Shown here in pieces: positions 10,963-24,589 of a stretch of 64,000 nt of DNA. Each line of letters starts with the position of its first letter. Position 1 is the stretch's first letter. The DNA lies in contig JALMLS010000062.1 in the NCBI GenBank assembly GCA_038496445.1, positions 1 to 64,000 on the forward strand, given 5' to 3'. The notes below the pieces were generated by a model that saw only the letters and a program-made list of their open reading frames with translations, was not told where the DNA came from and searched no databases. The DNA is from Trichosphaerium sp. ATCC 40318. Lineage: Eukaryota > Protista > Tubulinea. The position numbers were made by a program, and so were the translations under genes.

Positions 10963-13900
10963 CTACATTTTAGTGTTATCATCTTCTCGTTCAGGTATAC
11001 TTGAATCAGCGATATCCTTAGCATTCTCCAATGCAGCTTGGTCTCTTAGACTAACCTTTCTATTTTGATTTTCGTACAACTACAAACAACGCATCAGTTT
11101 AAAAGTCAATTACTATGCTGTAGCAGCTAAGCTAAAGTGTCGTACCTTGTCACCATCGTAAAGAATAAAATCATGAACAGTTGAGAGTTCAGTAAGTAGT
11201 ACATCAATGATTTCTTTACTGACACCATACCCAGTCAAGAATGGCGCTAATGGTTGCTTCTTAAATTCAGCAACTTTAGTTTTCTTAGCATCTTCCAAGG
11301 ACCAAATATGACGTTCTTCTTCGAGCTCTTCAGCAGCTTCTTGGATTTCTTTTTCCAAGTCCTTGATGTCACTATCATCGTCATCATCCTTCTTAGTACC
11401 ATCTTCCTTGGCTTTTTTCTTTGCTTTTGCAGCATCCAAGAGTCCTGTACAAACAAAGGTTAAAACTGTAACATGTGACATCATCACGTTGTACCTTTTT
11501 TCGCTTTAGCTTTACTGATCTTTCTCTCAAGTTTGTATGTTGTTTTAGTACGGTCAAGCTCCTTACCAAGCTTATCTTCAAAACCTTCAGCATCTTTTTT
11601 AGCTCTATCTAGTCGGATAGTATCAATAGGACTCATTTTTATTGCTTCTGTTGTAATAGGTTCAAGAATTGTATCAACATCAAGTCTCTTGAACTCCCTG
11701 ATTGTTGAAATTTCTTTAGAAATCTCATCAACAAGATCTTTGCTCACATTGCACTAAACACGAAACATCAGAATAACAGCACACTAACATTTTGAACTAA
11801 AAGTAAAAACGAAAAAAAAAGCTAATAACGGCTACTTACCTTAGTCAATAAAGTGCTTATTGGCGACTCCAGATCTATACGCTCTCCGCCAACGTTGTTA
11901 GCACTTCTGAGTGTAACTGATTTTTGGCAAGTTACACCTGCAGATATATTATCCTCAATTTTGTATTGTCTAAGGAATCCAACAAGTGCAGCGCAAGAAA
12001 TATTCTTTCCGTCCAAGTTATTGTTTAATGTCTTGCATTCCTCTTCAGTAGCCTCCGGGAAGTATCTCTTAAATAGAGTACGTTGTTGTGATGCATCAGA
12101 CCAATCAAGCTTTATGTGATGATTAAAGCGACCAACTCTAAAAGAAATGTCAATAATCGTTTGATATCACATGATGTTTACCTAATGAGTGCTTCATCAA
12201 GGTGTTCATAGCGGTTTGATGTTGCGACAACTATAGGACCATCTTTATTTGCTGGACCATCAAGAGCAACTAAAGCAGAAGTTAATGAAGCTAATCATTG
12301 CTTTTTACTATGTAGCATACGTAACAATCCACCAAGCGTTACTCTAGAGTCTCTTTGCTTTGCGTTTTCTTTGTACAAGTCATCACGTTTAGGGCAAACA
12401 ACATCAATCTCTTCAATAGCAATAAGTGTTCTTGGGTTAATAGTACCGAACAGTTCTAAACAACGAAAGTGAGTTATCATGCATGGTCATTAATTAAACA
12501 ACAAAGAAAGATAGCTGCGACATACGTAATAGAGATTCATCGCTTACTCTTCCGGAAGAAAGACTGACAAGCATAATATCGTATCTTGGCATGTGTTAGT
12601 AACATAAAACTGTACAAGGGACACTAAGAGTGAACATACTGCAAGAAGCCTGCGATAAAGTTGAGTAGCATAGTTTTGCCGTTTCCTGGAGGACCAACGA
12701 GTAAAATACTCTCACGGTGAATTTGGTTGTACTTTCTCCATGTTTCTTTTCAATAAAAATTAGTTATCTTGTCACTTGACACGTGTTAATCTATTTTTAC
12801 CTGGATGATCTTTGAAGTTTGTGAGAATCTGCATAATGCTTTGCTTGACGTTGTCTGCAAGCGCGATGTCATCAAGAGTTGAAACACGTGGTTTAGTGAC
12901 CAATCTATTTCCTCGAGACCAAGTATCAGGTTGCCTAGATTTCGGTCGTTAGCGTCCATGTGTAATTCAGGTAAACGTTGAGTTTTGTGTACCAAATTGT
13001 TGTTTTGTCAGGATTTTTGTTAGCTTCGTAGAGATCTCTGGATTCATTCAAGATATCTCGTAAAACCTGGTCATGCCATCGAAATGTTGTTAATGTGATA
13101 GTACGAATCTAAGGATACGTGTCAGTTGATACTTGGTGACCAAAAAGGCTTAAATTGAGATTTTAAAGAATAATCTAGCGTACACTTCCAGGTGTGTTGT
13201 TCCAACCGGTACCGTGTTTAAGTTGTTCCTTGTTTATGTTAATCCAAATTGGAGCTCCACCGTAAGAAACCATGTAGCTTCCATCATCAGGTTGAAAGAC
13301 AAGTGTCATATCATCATCAGGTATAGCTAAAAATGTCAACAATGTGGTGCTACAGCTTGGTAAAAAAAACCCAATCATTCACGTGCTACTAGTGAGATTA
13401 AGGTTTCACGTGTTTGTGGCATGGTGCCCTCACAAAAATAAAAGAGCTCAAGGCTGTTAATGTTTTAATCAATTTGGAAGTTCTCGAGTGTACCTTCGTC
13501 AGGCCAGTAGTACTCTGTTGTTTCTACCTTAACACTTGAGTTGCTGACTTTTTCTTGGTACTTGGTTACAAGCCAGAAGCATACTCTATCATAGACAGGT
13601 CCGTTATCTCCTTCGTTTGTAACCTAAAAATATGTCAAAGTCGAGGCCTATTTTAAAGAAAACCCTGGCAGACTGTGCATTATGTACGTACAGTGAGTGA
13701 TGTCATGAAACCGCATTCACCAACGAATAGTTTCCAGCAGTAAGAAATCGCTGATGTAAGTACGTCTTTCATGTAGTAGAGTATACCCATTGCAATTGCG
13801 CTTCTGAATAGAGCTTCTTGCATCATTTCGTTTGAGAACTCGAAAAGCGTAGAAGAGTAGTAACGCCAACTTGCTACTACGCCCTAAAAGCAATCGTTAA

Positions 13901-14004
13901 GGGCCAAGTAATGTGTGTTTGCTACGCACAACAACTATTGCAATAATCAAAGCATAGAAGTAATATTGTAGGCCATACACGCGTCTTAGCGTAGCCTTAT
14001 CCAT
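10963..14004 (-). CDS. BCS1-like AAA+ ATPase with N-terminal membrane region and long acidic/Lys-rich C-terminal extension
   Basis: Walker A GPPGNGKT, Walker B IAIEEID, the BCS1 signature VTLGGLLLALDG after splicing, and VVATSNRYEHLDEALI-RVGRFN. Confidence 0.8.
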
Positions 14005-14284
14005 CGTGGTGTTGTGTTAACCGAGTGAGCGTGTTGGTTTATAAATATTTTTAACGAAAGAGTTGTTCATTGAACGTTGAGACCAGACTTGGATTACGTG
14101 TTACAGAAAATTGCCAAGTATTTGTGAAAATATCTGTAAATTTCAGTAACGGCGAAGGGGTATCATGATATTCCAATAAACCAGTGTATATAAAAATATA
14201 AAAAGTTCGGGCAATATGTCGCCATCAACAACAAAAAAAACGGGAAGGAATTTTTGAAGATAGTTTTCTTGTGTTGCATAAATT

Positions 14285-15916
14285 TTACTTTACAGGTACG
14301 GCTGCTATTAAGATACAGAACAATATCACGCCGCAAAGAACACCATAAGATACTGTTAATACTGCTGCTGAATTTAACGAAGTATTGCTTCCAGTAGGAG
14401 CTACACAATGCGACATCAACAAAAAGGAAATCCAAAAAAAATAAAGAAAACGGTTGGAAAATTTTCATAATAATTATAATTCGGATTTCTCACCTGCGGC
14501 TGCTGTTGAGGGTGTAGTTGGTGGCGTAGTAGTAGGATTTGTTGGTGTAGTTGGTGAGTTTGTAGTAGGAGCTGGTGTAGATACTGTAGTGTTGCTACGG
14601 CACCCATTTTGTGTGCTACCAACTTGATCGCTTGACGTGATTGGAATTTTTGTCTTGTCGATGGATATTTCGTAAAGAAATGACCATTGTTTCCCTGTAA
14701 CATACAATGTATCGTTCTCAGCATTGTATGCAATGCCATTGACCACATTACCATTTAGATTAAGATTCTTTAATGATTCCAGCTCAATATAAGCTAAAAC
14801 AAGAAAACAACAATTAAAAATTATTGCATACAAATAAAAAAGAAACCCTCGGCCGCTAAAGTGCCTGTCTGATAAAAAACGCTGTCAAACATCATCACAC
14901 ATATTTGTTTGATGTTTGACAGTAGAAGTTCACTTAAAATTCGATTGTGTAATTTCTTTAAAAGACCCGAAAATCCTGATCGTTAAATGTGACGTACATA
15001 TCACAGAACCTGTCCTTGGTGAAATAATAGCAATTCTTGTATCAAACCATATATTAGCGAATATGTAATCGTATATATATTCTAGCTCGTTAAGGTTTGA
15101 TACGGGTACATTACCATCCAATACTCGCATTGAACATGTTACTTCAAATGTAACTGGGTCCAAGTAAAATATTGTAGAAGAGCCATCGCTCATAATCAAG
15201 TTCGAGTCGTCCTTGGCGAGACCCCATCCCTTAAAAGCAATGTATTAGCGTGTAAAGGCAATAAATACAAGCTTGACAGGTAAAACTTATTCGGATCTTA
15301 CTTACCTGTGTGTTGTAAGTCCACTCTTGGATAAAATTAAAATCTTTGTCATAAACAAATCCTTTTTTAGCTTGCCACGTGAATTGAACGAGTTTATCAT
15401 CCCAACTTGTTAGACCTACACGTGGGAATTTGAGAAGGAGAACAAAGGAAGACAATGGAGGATCGCGCTAGCGAATTGTTTTGCTTGTGGTAGCTGTTTC
15501 GAGGTCTTCACGCGAAAGGGCGCAAGTTGCTTGTTAAAGAAGTTTGCTTGTACCTTCAGCAAAATACTGGTCATCAATACGTTGCTGTTTGATTACCCTC
15601 CCTGTAGTTACTTCTACTTTGCGTATATTTGACTTTTGAAAGAGGCCAGCAGATTCGTAAAATACCTATTTTGATGTTATTGCTGTGTAATGCTTCACCA
15701 ACGCGGTGTTTTGCGTATACGATGAGCGTACACCGTCTTCATAAATTAGTCCTTGGGTGAAGGCGTCACTATCGTGAGGATACGTGTTTAACAGCGTCCA
15801 GGGTATTGATGGCGGTTGCGATAACACTACACAACATAAGAGGTCGTTTGTTAACGTCATAAAGTACCAATCGAAATAATTGTTATCAGGCATGCCAATA
15901 ACAGCGTGGAGCGCAT
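14285..15916 (-). CDS. Glutaminyl-peptide cyclotransferase (plant/bacterial beta-propeller type) with signal peptide, Thr/Pro stalk and C-terminal GPI/TM signal
   Basis: Spliced N-terminus MRSTLLLACLITIISIVLS-QPPS. Motifs YPHDSDAFTQGL, YFAEGLT, GWGL, MSDGSS, LNELEY, IFANIW, VNGIAY and LYVTGKQW. Last exon APTGSNTSLNSAAVLTVSYGVLCGVILFCILIAAVPVK*. Confidence 0.9.
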
Positions 15917-16008
15917 GGTAGGCTACAGACTGAGAAGAAATCCGCTGACAGGTTGAACGCGAGTAAAATTGTCCGGCCATTTTTTTGACTTAGCAAAACA
16001 GTTTTACG

Positions 16009-16802
16009 ATGAAAAGAGCACCTGAGGTTAAAGTAAATATCTATGACAATAATGTCGTAAAGCAAACACTTGATGACACGGCGTTAGAGGTGATTTTTTG
16101 AAAAAAGTTTTCCATTATTGTTTTTATCGCTAAAAAATTACTCTAGCTTATAAATAAAAACAGATACGTTGAGGACGTGTCCATTTCCAACAAGAAAATT
16201 TTGCTTGGCTTAGTTGGTTGTGCCTGTGGTGCTGTATCGCAATTTTATCCAGCCCCATGGCCAGAGAATAGGTCAGTGGTAATTGCTTGTATAATCGGGT
16301 GAGTCATCAAAAGATTAGAGCTTATTTAACGCGCTTACGCTTCCTTCTTAAGATACATGATTGTCAGCACTGTTTTACAACTCATGCAGTGGTTTGTCGA
16401 AAAAGACATATTCTTTTGGTCTACAAAAAGAGTAGGGGTACGCTATGTATTAAATACGCCGTTTATATCAAATTCGCGTAACAACCAACATTTTGACGTT
16501 AAACCGTCAAACATGTTGAACAAAATGTGCTTCAAAGTCATCCATCGCGTAAAATAGCACTAATACGTTACTTTAAGAAACTTTATTACACCCTTCAGAT
16601 TGGATCAACGCTTCCTCGTTTCTCAAAGGACTACACCATCCATCTTAGTGCAAACTTTACAGGGAGGAATAAGGTTACATTGAATACATCTGTTGAAAAG
16701 TATTTTGATGAAAATGGCGTATTTAAGAAGGTTAGATTTGCTTCTGACTTTGGATCACTAGTCAAAAAGTATGAAGCACAAGCTTTCAAGAAGTCAAATT
16801 AA
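16009..16802 (+). CDS. SPCS2: Signal peptidase complex subunit 2 (SPC25)
   Basis: KVNIYDNNVVKQTLDD, KILLGLVGCACGAVSQFYPAPWPEN, STLPRFSKDYT and SVEKYFDENG match the SPC25 pattern. Confidence 0.85.
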
Positions 16803-16824
16803 ATAAACCAAACATACCATTTTT

Positions 16825-19800
16825 TTAATAAAGCTCTACATAGTTGGTAGCCAACTCGGTTATTTTCAAGAACATTATTGTCATTTTAGTACTTTTTTGA
16901 CACTATTGGTGCACCCAAAAAACGAGAGTTAGGTCAACCAATACCAAAAGGATTTGTATGTTAAATGCAAAACCTTGCCACTAGAGGAAGGATTGTATAG
17001 CTAACTCAAGGGTATTGGCTCAGTTGGGCTTCACTGACGATCGATAATCTTGTATTGTTCGGCGACATACTTGTCAAAGTGTCAGTTTGCTTTAGAAATT
17101 TTTATTCTTTTTTTCACAATTTATTTTACACAAGTAAATCAGCCACGAGTTTCTTCAATTCATCACCATGATGACCAGGTACAATACCTTTTGCATAAGT
17201 AATTATACGTTTTTGAGATTCTCCAATATCACTTTCAAATACAATAGAGAGCAACAGAGCGCGCATTACAATAGAAATAAGGCTTAAAACAGGTACACCA
17301 CCAGACCGCCTTCGGGTACAAAAATTAGTTCAACGTCAATGAGAAAAAAACTGGAAAAGCTTTGCATCGCTACACGAGAAATACGTGTAAAATATCAAAA
17401 TCCGTGAAGACATTGGTAGCAGGTAGGCAGGACATTTTCAAAGAAAAAAACGTGTCGTACTGTTTAGTGACTGATTGAAGGAAAGGACCCAGATTAGGTG
17501 GTTGGTTTGTTCCTAAAGCAATGAAGCACATGGCAACTTCATTAGCACGTCTAATGATATTTGGAGAGTCGTATGTGCAGTACACTGTATACAATAAATG
17601 AACAAGTGTTTTGTCTTCAGTTACTATGGCGTTCAGCCCTCTCTGAGATTTTAAAACCTTTGCCAATGAGCTAAGAATCTTCAATACATTCTCTCCAGAT
17701 TCTAAGGTACCATTAGATAAACATAAATCCACAGATGACTTAAAACAAAAAGAACAAAGGTATTTCTTTGGAGTGTTTGAAAGTTTTGTTAAACCACACG
17801 TGCCATCAGCTTTTTTGAATTTTTCTGAATTCACAAGTGTCAGACCAGCTTGGAATAGTGATATTATATCATCAGGACTATAGTAGTCTCCATAATCACC
17901 TAATGTATTGGCTATAATCTCAACAAGTGCTAATTCTTGTTCTTCTGTTTGTGCTAACTTGCAGAAATGTAGAATCTCTTCAGCTGTTATACTGGTAGCG
18001 CTTATAGTAGTAGATATGACCTTTAATATTTTGATTGTAGGTAGAACCAAGAAAGGGTATTCCGAAATGATATCTCGTAGCATAGAAAAGAGATGATAAA
18101 ATAGTGTTCCTTCTGTTGGTTTTTGTCGACATAAACCTTCAATAAGTGGTACCAATCTCTTATTCAATTGACTCGATGATGTGTAGTGCCGCAACATATG
18201 TTGTAGTAAGTGTATGATGAATGGTAGTCGAATCCTATCAATTGGCATTCTGTATTGTAAGATTTTGATGAAAAGCTGCAAGCATAAAAGTTAGCACTTT
18301 CACAGTTAACTAGAAGGTTTTTTTTTTTCGTTTAACGAAAGTTTTGTCTCGTACCTTAGTGACCAAAGGTACCAATACATGGAAAGTATCAACATTACAC
18401 CATCTCACGTGATCCACAAAAGCGAGAAAAGTTGCAAAAGCTCCTTTTTCTAGAATCAATATTGCATCCTACGTTTCGTTTTAATTTGATGCGAGATGAT
18501 AACAGCTTGTCTTTTGCGTACCTCTTTAGAGCGTATTGATCTAATCAATGCTTTTAGAATAAACTTTTTCGTGTTAGTATTGATTTGAATAGCTGCAAGC
18601 TCATGTTTCATAGGTACACGCTAAGGGATAATCAGTCACTTAAAGTTTAGGCATTTTGGTTGGTAACAAGAAAACAAAATGGAATGCATTGAATGCAGAA
18701 TTAATGTACTGATGGGTAACAGAACATACCTCTACGTATAATTTATGTGATAACAGCAAGTAATGTTGCATTGCTTCAGATTGCTTAACGTCCAATCCAC
18801 GTATCTTATGCTCAATCTGCAAAAAAAATTAAAATTAATAGGAATAAAATAAGAATCCACTGAAGAAACGGAACTTCTTTGAAAACAATCAAAGAAAGAA
18901 GTTCAATGTTATGACATGTAAGGCCTTTTGTTTCAATTGGTTCTTATAATTAAGAACAATATGAAGACGTATAAAAAAGAAAATAAAAAGGGTACTTACA
19001 AAGAAATGAAGAAAACCAGCATGAAGACAAGGAACCCTTGCGTTTTCTTTGTCATCAGCATTCTGAATTATTCTTGTTATGTATTCAGCCAATAGAGCAT
19101 GATCTTCCGACCTGTTCGACTCAGAACGCTCCAAAACAAGACGTAAAACAGAGTAAGCCATTGCTCGGATAATAGCACACTTGGATGTTGTTCCTTGAAT
19201 ACTATAACCTACTATACCAGCGCCCATAGCTCTCTTCAAACCACACTTTGCAGTAGCAATAGCACGGTAGATGAGTGGTAGCATGTACGCCGGATCATAG
19301 CGCTGTTCTTCTTCCTAAAGAAAGAGTCAACATGTTTGTTGCTTTTGTTCAATGACGAGGATTTATGCGTACTTGTTTAGGTGTCCAAGTTTCCTCAGTT
19401 GTTATTATATCTGAAGGAATTGTGCGTGACGTAGGAAAGTGGCTTGCTTCATTGTTCAAATCAGGTACTTCAATATCTCCCTTTGAATCAACAAAATCAA
19501 GGCAAGGTAGCCCACAAGGTACGCCACCACGTTCCATTATCCACATGATACGCATTATCAATCTATCTGTAGGTGTACATCGCGCTTGATAAGAACTCAA
19601 TAGTTCTTTAAGTTGAACAGATACATCTGAAAAAAAACTGTTAGTTGAGTTTGTTGTTACCAATGAAAGCTTACTTGAAAGGAATGCGTTGGTATTAAAT
19701 ACGCATAGAATATGTAATACTATGCTCTCAAGTAATTCAAACGCAGTCAAAGGATCATCTTCATCTTTAGACAAATGTTAGAGCTGTACTTATAACTATG

Positions 19801-22800
19801 ATGGTTGTTATGTTTTACCTGTTTCGAAGTTTTCAGTTTGGATAGCCTCTATGGTACGGAGCAAGAACTCTGTAGCAAATCCTTCCTACATAATATTAAC
19901 AAAAGGCATTTGATAAGAAGGAGGTCATACGTCATCTGGATTCAGTCTTGTGAGCGTAAAAGTGTCCAAATCTTTTAGTACTTCCAATGTTGGAACGCTT
20001 GTTTGGAGCACTTCAACAATTTCAGTCATCATGCTCCATGGCATATCAGATTTCACTAGAGACTTGCCTATATATGTCATTAACAATTAGAAGAGTATGT
20101 ACATGCTCAGTACGTACACAAACTAGAAATTATAGGTGCTGTTTCTTCGCCTGCTTCTTCTACTTCTTCTAACTTGTTCTTTAACATGCGAACAAACACA
20201 GCGTCTCCTTGCACGACATGACGGAGCACAGTAAGTACTTCACTTGACCATGCAGGTATTTCTTCAATACGTGTAAGACAGACATCACGTATCTTCTCCT
20301 TGAGAGGTGACATTTCCAAGACTTTTGATAAGATCTCGTCAACATTTTCAAAAACTGTTTTAAGCTGTTGTATCTCCGACTCGCTTTCTTCAATAGTTTC
20401 TTTGTAGAGCACACTGCATATTAGTACAGGTGTGTACATCTCTCTTATTGTCTTTAATAGCTTCTCGTAAGGATATTGTAATGATAGCCTGTAACATAAG
20501 GTCTCAAGGCACAGCGGTAGAGATGAAAGGTGACTTTTATATTTCGATAAAGATCCTTTTGATATTTTCTTCAATAACGTCCTTGTATTACTAAACTCGT
20601 CGTCGTGGTGTTCCAGATGCTTAGCCAGGAACATGTCAAAGTCATGAACTCTAGATACATCTCCTTTGATGAGGGAGAGCCATACTTTATCACAAGTTGA
20701 TTTAGAAGCATTGTAAAACTCGGAGGAGATTATATTTGATGCTTGCATTGAATAATCAAACGCTGACTTTTCTTGAAATCCAAATCTGTTTGTTATGAGT
20801 AATTGGATGATATCGAAGCGATTATAGCTTGCTATGCTATCAATAGATTTGATTGGAATATGTAGTGTTGGGAAAGTGCGTAAAGCTGAGTATAGGACAG
20901 AAAGGAATAGCTTGAGGTATGGTTTCTCTTTTTTTGAAGTCCACTTGTACTTGTTCACAAAACTTGAGATACTCTTACGGCCTACATATCGTTTTAGTGA
21001 TCAGAAAGCGATAAGTAGTATGTGGGAGATAGATTGAAGAATTTTAAACGTACCGACAAGGACTTGAACTTCTGGGCGGGATAAAAACCATAAAGCTTGT
21101 GTTTTTGTTTTCGGTTCAGCTGTTTTTGAAGTAATGGCTTTTAGAAGCTTTGAAGTAAATTTAGGTAAGAAATCTGACATTGATTCTCCATTCTTAACAA
21201 TCTGTATAGTGAAATCAACCAACACTAGCATTCTTTGTTAGTCGAAGAAAATCAAGAAAATTGTAAGAAAATAATTGTTGTACTGTAGTTGAATTCTTCA
21301 TCGTTGCTATTCGCCATGAACCTATCCAAAATATTGTCTTCCTTTGATACACCAGAAACAACGATCTAAATATAACAAATCAAAACAAATACCAAGAATA
21401 TACGCGTACCTTGGCATAGGATAACCAATTCTTGCTGTCAAGGATTAACCCTGTCATACGGCTAATGATTGTACTTTCATTGCTGCCTTTACCTTCTTTT
21501 GGCTTTTCTAATCGTAGAAAATTTGCAAAACGCTTAACTGAAGACGTTGTGATGAAATGAGAGCCAGAAAATTGCGATGTGTGCTTATCTAATCGTGGAT
21601 GGTATCTTGACGATAGCATAGATTTAACAAACTTTTCTGTTTCTTTTGGGTCCTTGGCTGCTAGTATAATATGTGCTAGAGCGCCTGTGACGAACTCTGG
21701 ATTCTTTTTTGCGTTTTTACTTGAAACTTTGGCTAGTGTGCTAACAACATCTACAAAGAGTTAACGTAAATTTACAAAAAGGCAAGAAAAAGTAATAGAG
21801 GGACGACTGGGACTTGAACCCAGATTAACACGTTCCAAACGTGCGGTGCTGCCAATTACACTATCATCCCTTTGATTGTAATAACAAACGTAATTGGCAG
21901 CGTCGCACTCAAATGAAGGCCAAAAAAGCAAATAGTGTAATGAACAACAGAATTCTTTGAATTTTTTTGGAACTTTGTGAAAAATTTGATAACACTTCGC
22001 ATACCTCCATCGTATGCTGACGCATCTGCTAAGCATGTAGCAATTTGTGATAAAAACAATTCTTTTGAATCAGCTTTTAAGAAATCAACCCAAACAGGGC
22101 ACTCATCTGGATGTACTTTGAATATCCAAAGTTTTTGTAGCATGGAAACAAGTGTTGTATATAATGCTTCACGAGAAGCGTCACTCGAGCAATACTCTGT
22201 AGCAACAGTCTCTAGTAAGGCATTGTGTTGCTCGGCTAAAAACGTCGTTAAAACAGACATTAAAACAGAAAGAGGATGTAAGTACCTTGAAGTGTAAAAG
22301 TATCATTCATAGACGCATAAATTGTTGCCAACTTGAGCTGCAAAGCTTTATCATTACCATCCAATAATACAGTAAAGAACGTTTGTAGTGTTTGTGGGTA
22401 CATGACAGTATCCTGAAATAAACATTAGAAGACGTAATAATGGCGTTTTAGAAGGAAAAAAAGAAGCTCAAAAAAGAGGTATAGCGTACTTTTTGAAGGA
22501 CACGAACATAGTGTTCTAGGTAAACCAAGAATATTCTTTGTACCATTGCAGGCGGAGATGATTTTGATAATGTTGATTTAACAATATCATCAAGACTTGG
22601 TAGCCTATGTCTTAGAGAATCAAGAAGAAGTTGTACACATGCTTTCATGTCGTTTTCTTCAAGTTTTGCGGCACATAATTCACTGGCTTTAATGACAGCT
22701 GTTAAAAGAGTCAATCCGTGGTAAGGTATGAGCATCTGTTTCTTTTTAAGAGTTTTGGAAAAAAAGGTTTTATCCAAGAAAGATGGCAAGCATCTATGAG

Positions 22801-24589
22801 ATAGAGCCTTAATCACATTCGGATGAGTATACACAAATGGTAGAGATTGGTCTGGTGTAGGGAATGGTAACTTTGTAATGAGATGTGTTAAGAACGAAAT
22901 GCCTGAAACCCATGAAAAGCTGACATCAGGTTCACGTGATACCAAAGCAGCAAATCGACTCAAATACCTAATTTGTTGTTAAATCATTTTCGGTAGTTTT
23001 TTTTCAGAGACACGTGGTCTCCACTTTGGTGGTTTAAAAACACGTATTAAATTTAGGTACGTACTTGTGTCCTACATCTGGAACCTTTTCTAATACTGTG
23101 AATACGAGTTCTAAGCGGTGGTCGTTGCTTATTTTAATTTTTGATAAAATGTGCTCGAAAATCAAACTGTTAGGGCTGTTGTCAACAGGTTCAGATGTAC
23201 GGATATCAACACCTTCCCAACTAGGTTTTAGTTAGTTAGAATGTAGGAGAATTTAATATAAAGTACGTACTATGTGCATGGAGTGAGTAGATCTTGTGAC
23301 GAAGTAACTGTCGCTTGTAAGAAATGACGAACGATTGTTGACTTCAAATTGTCGCTCTAAAAAACCATTTAATATTAAATCATCTTTGACTTGTTCATTT
23401 ATTACCTTGGCTTTAAGTGGTTGCAGTAATTCCCATGCTTCCATCAGCTATTTATTATTAGAAGTGATGATAATGGTGGTTGTAGATTTCCATAACAATG
23501 AGAAATAACTTACACGCCGAGCAAAATGTGGAAAGAAGAACCTCTTTTTCTCCATCAAAGTGAATGCATCGCTATTCAAGAAGTTCTTGAATACCTTTTC
23601 CAGTATTTTAGGTAGCTCCTAAAATATTTTTAGAGAACAAGAAAGAACAGTTGATACAACTAAGCGCATTTTGTTTTCAAAAAATAAAAAAATACCTGAA
23701 TTGACATTTTGCCAAAATTTAATTGGATGCATCTCCAGACTTGGTCCATCTTCATCAAGAGACGGATTACAGGTGGTGAGTTTGTAGCGAGTGTTTCACA
23801 TGCTAACTCTATAAGTGTAGCAATCTCTACTTTTGGTATACGCTTAAGAGGGAAACGCTAAATCATCATTAATAACATGTCAAAATGTCATACTTCAATA
23901 TCCGCTCTAAGCGTTTTTTTGAAGTACATAAAACTTGCAAGCTTATTCTCTTGTACTTGCAGTACTGAAATCAAGCGGTTGCTTGGGTTTTTGAAAAAAA
24001 TTGCTTGAAAAATGAAATTTGGCGCTTCTCGGTTGCGTACCACTTTTCTGAGCACGTTGAGTACTTGTTGTGCGCGTGAGGTGTCAATAGAAATGGCAGA
24101 AGTGTACAAGCGTAAAATGCCATCTGATAGTGGACTGCCACGGACATTCTCCAGTGTTTCTTTAAAATGGTCTATGTGGTGAGCGAGCAGTCTGTTACAT
24201 ATTTTGGCGACACTTGAAGGAAATTCGGCTGTATAGTTGCTTAATATGCTCTCGAGTACACGTAATATGATATTTGCTACTTCTGAGGTCGACTAACATG
24301 AAATTGAGAAAAGCCAGTGTATTTTCCGTATTTTATTCCTACCTTTTGCTCGACTATAAAAGCCTGGTCATTCTCAAAACAGAGCGTAAGGAGCGTGAAT
24401 AATTCATTGCATTCAGGCGATAGGCGCAAATAATCTGGCAGTATTTTTTGAAGCGATGTTGGGTTGTCTAGCACTTCCAGGCCTAATATTCGCGTATTAC
24501 GCACTTAAAAAATGTAATTGGCACGTACCAGCCAAAATGTCGTTGGCACCAGACGCATTTAGCTTTCTGGTGAGTGTTTTAGCGTCCAT
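16825..24589 (-). CDS. URB1: Nucleolar pre-ribosomal-associated protein 1 (URB1/Npa1), large multi-exon helical protein
   Basis: About 7.7 kb gene. N-terminal YLRLSPECNELF, central LLSSYQARCTPTDRLIMRIM, YDPAYMLPLI and RVPCLHAGF resemble conserved URB1 blocks. Confidence 0.7.
21799..21870 (-). tRNA. tRNA with UGG (Pro) anticodon but Gln-like body, in a URB1 intron (21751-22004), same sense as host
   Basis: GGGATGA TA GTGT AATTGGCA GCAC C GCACG TTTGGAA CGTGT TAAT CTGGG TTCAAGT CCCAG TCGTCCC T. All four stems pair and a T5 terminator follows about 8 nt downstream. Confidence 0.88.

Noticed and set aside
15666-15980. ORF-track start MAGQFYSR for the glutaminyl cyclase
   Set aside because: It reads through an intron. 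ATG 15916 in another frame gives a proper signal peptide after splicing.
21799-21870. CCA codon reassignment to Gln
   Set aside because: CCA occupies conserved Pro positions (RECQL4 CYQLP and CMPKS; GDA HCPTSN).
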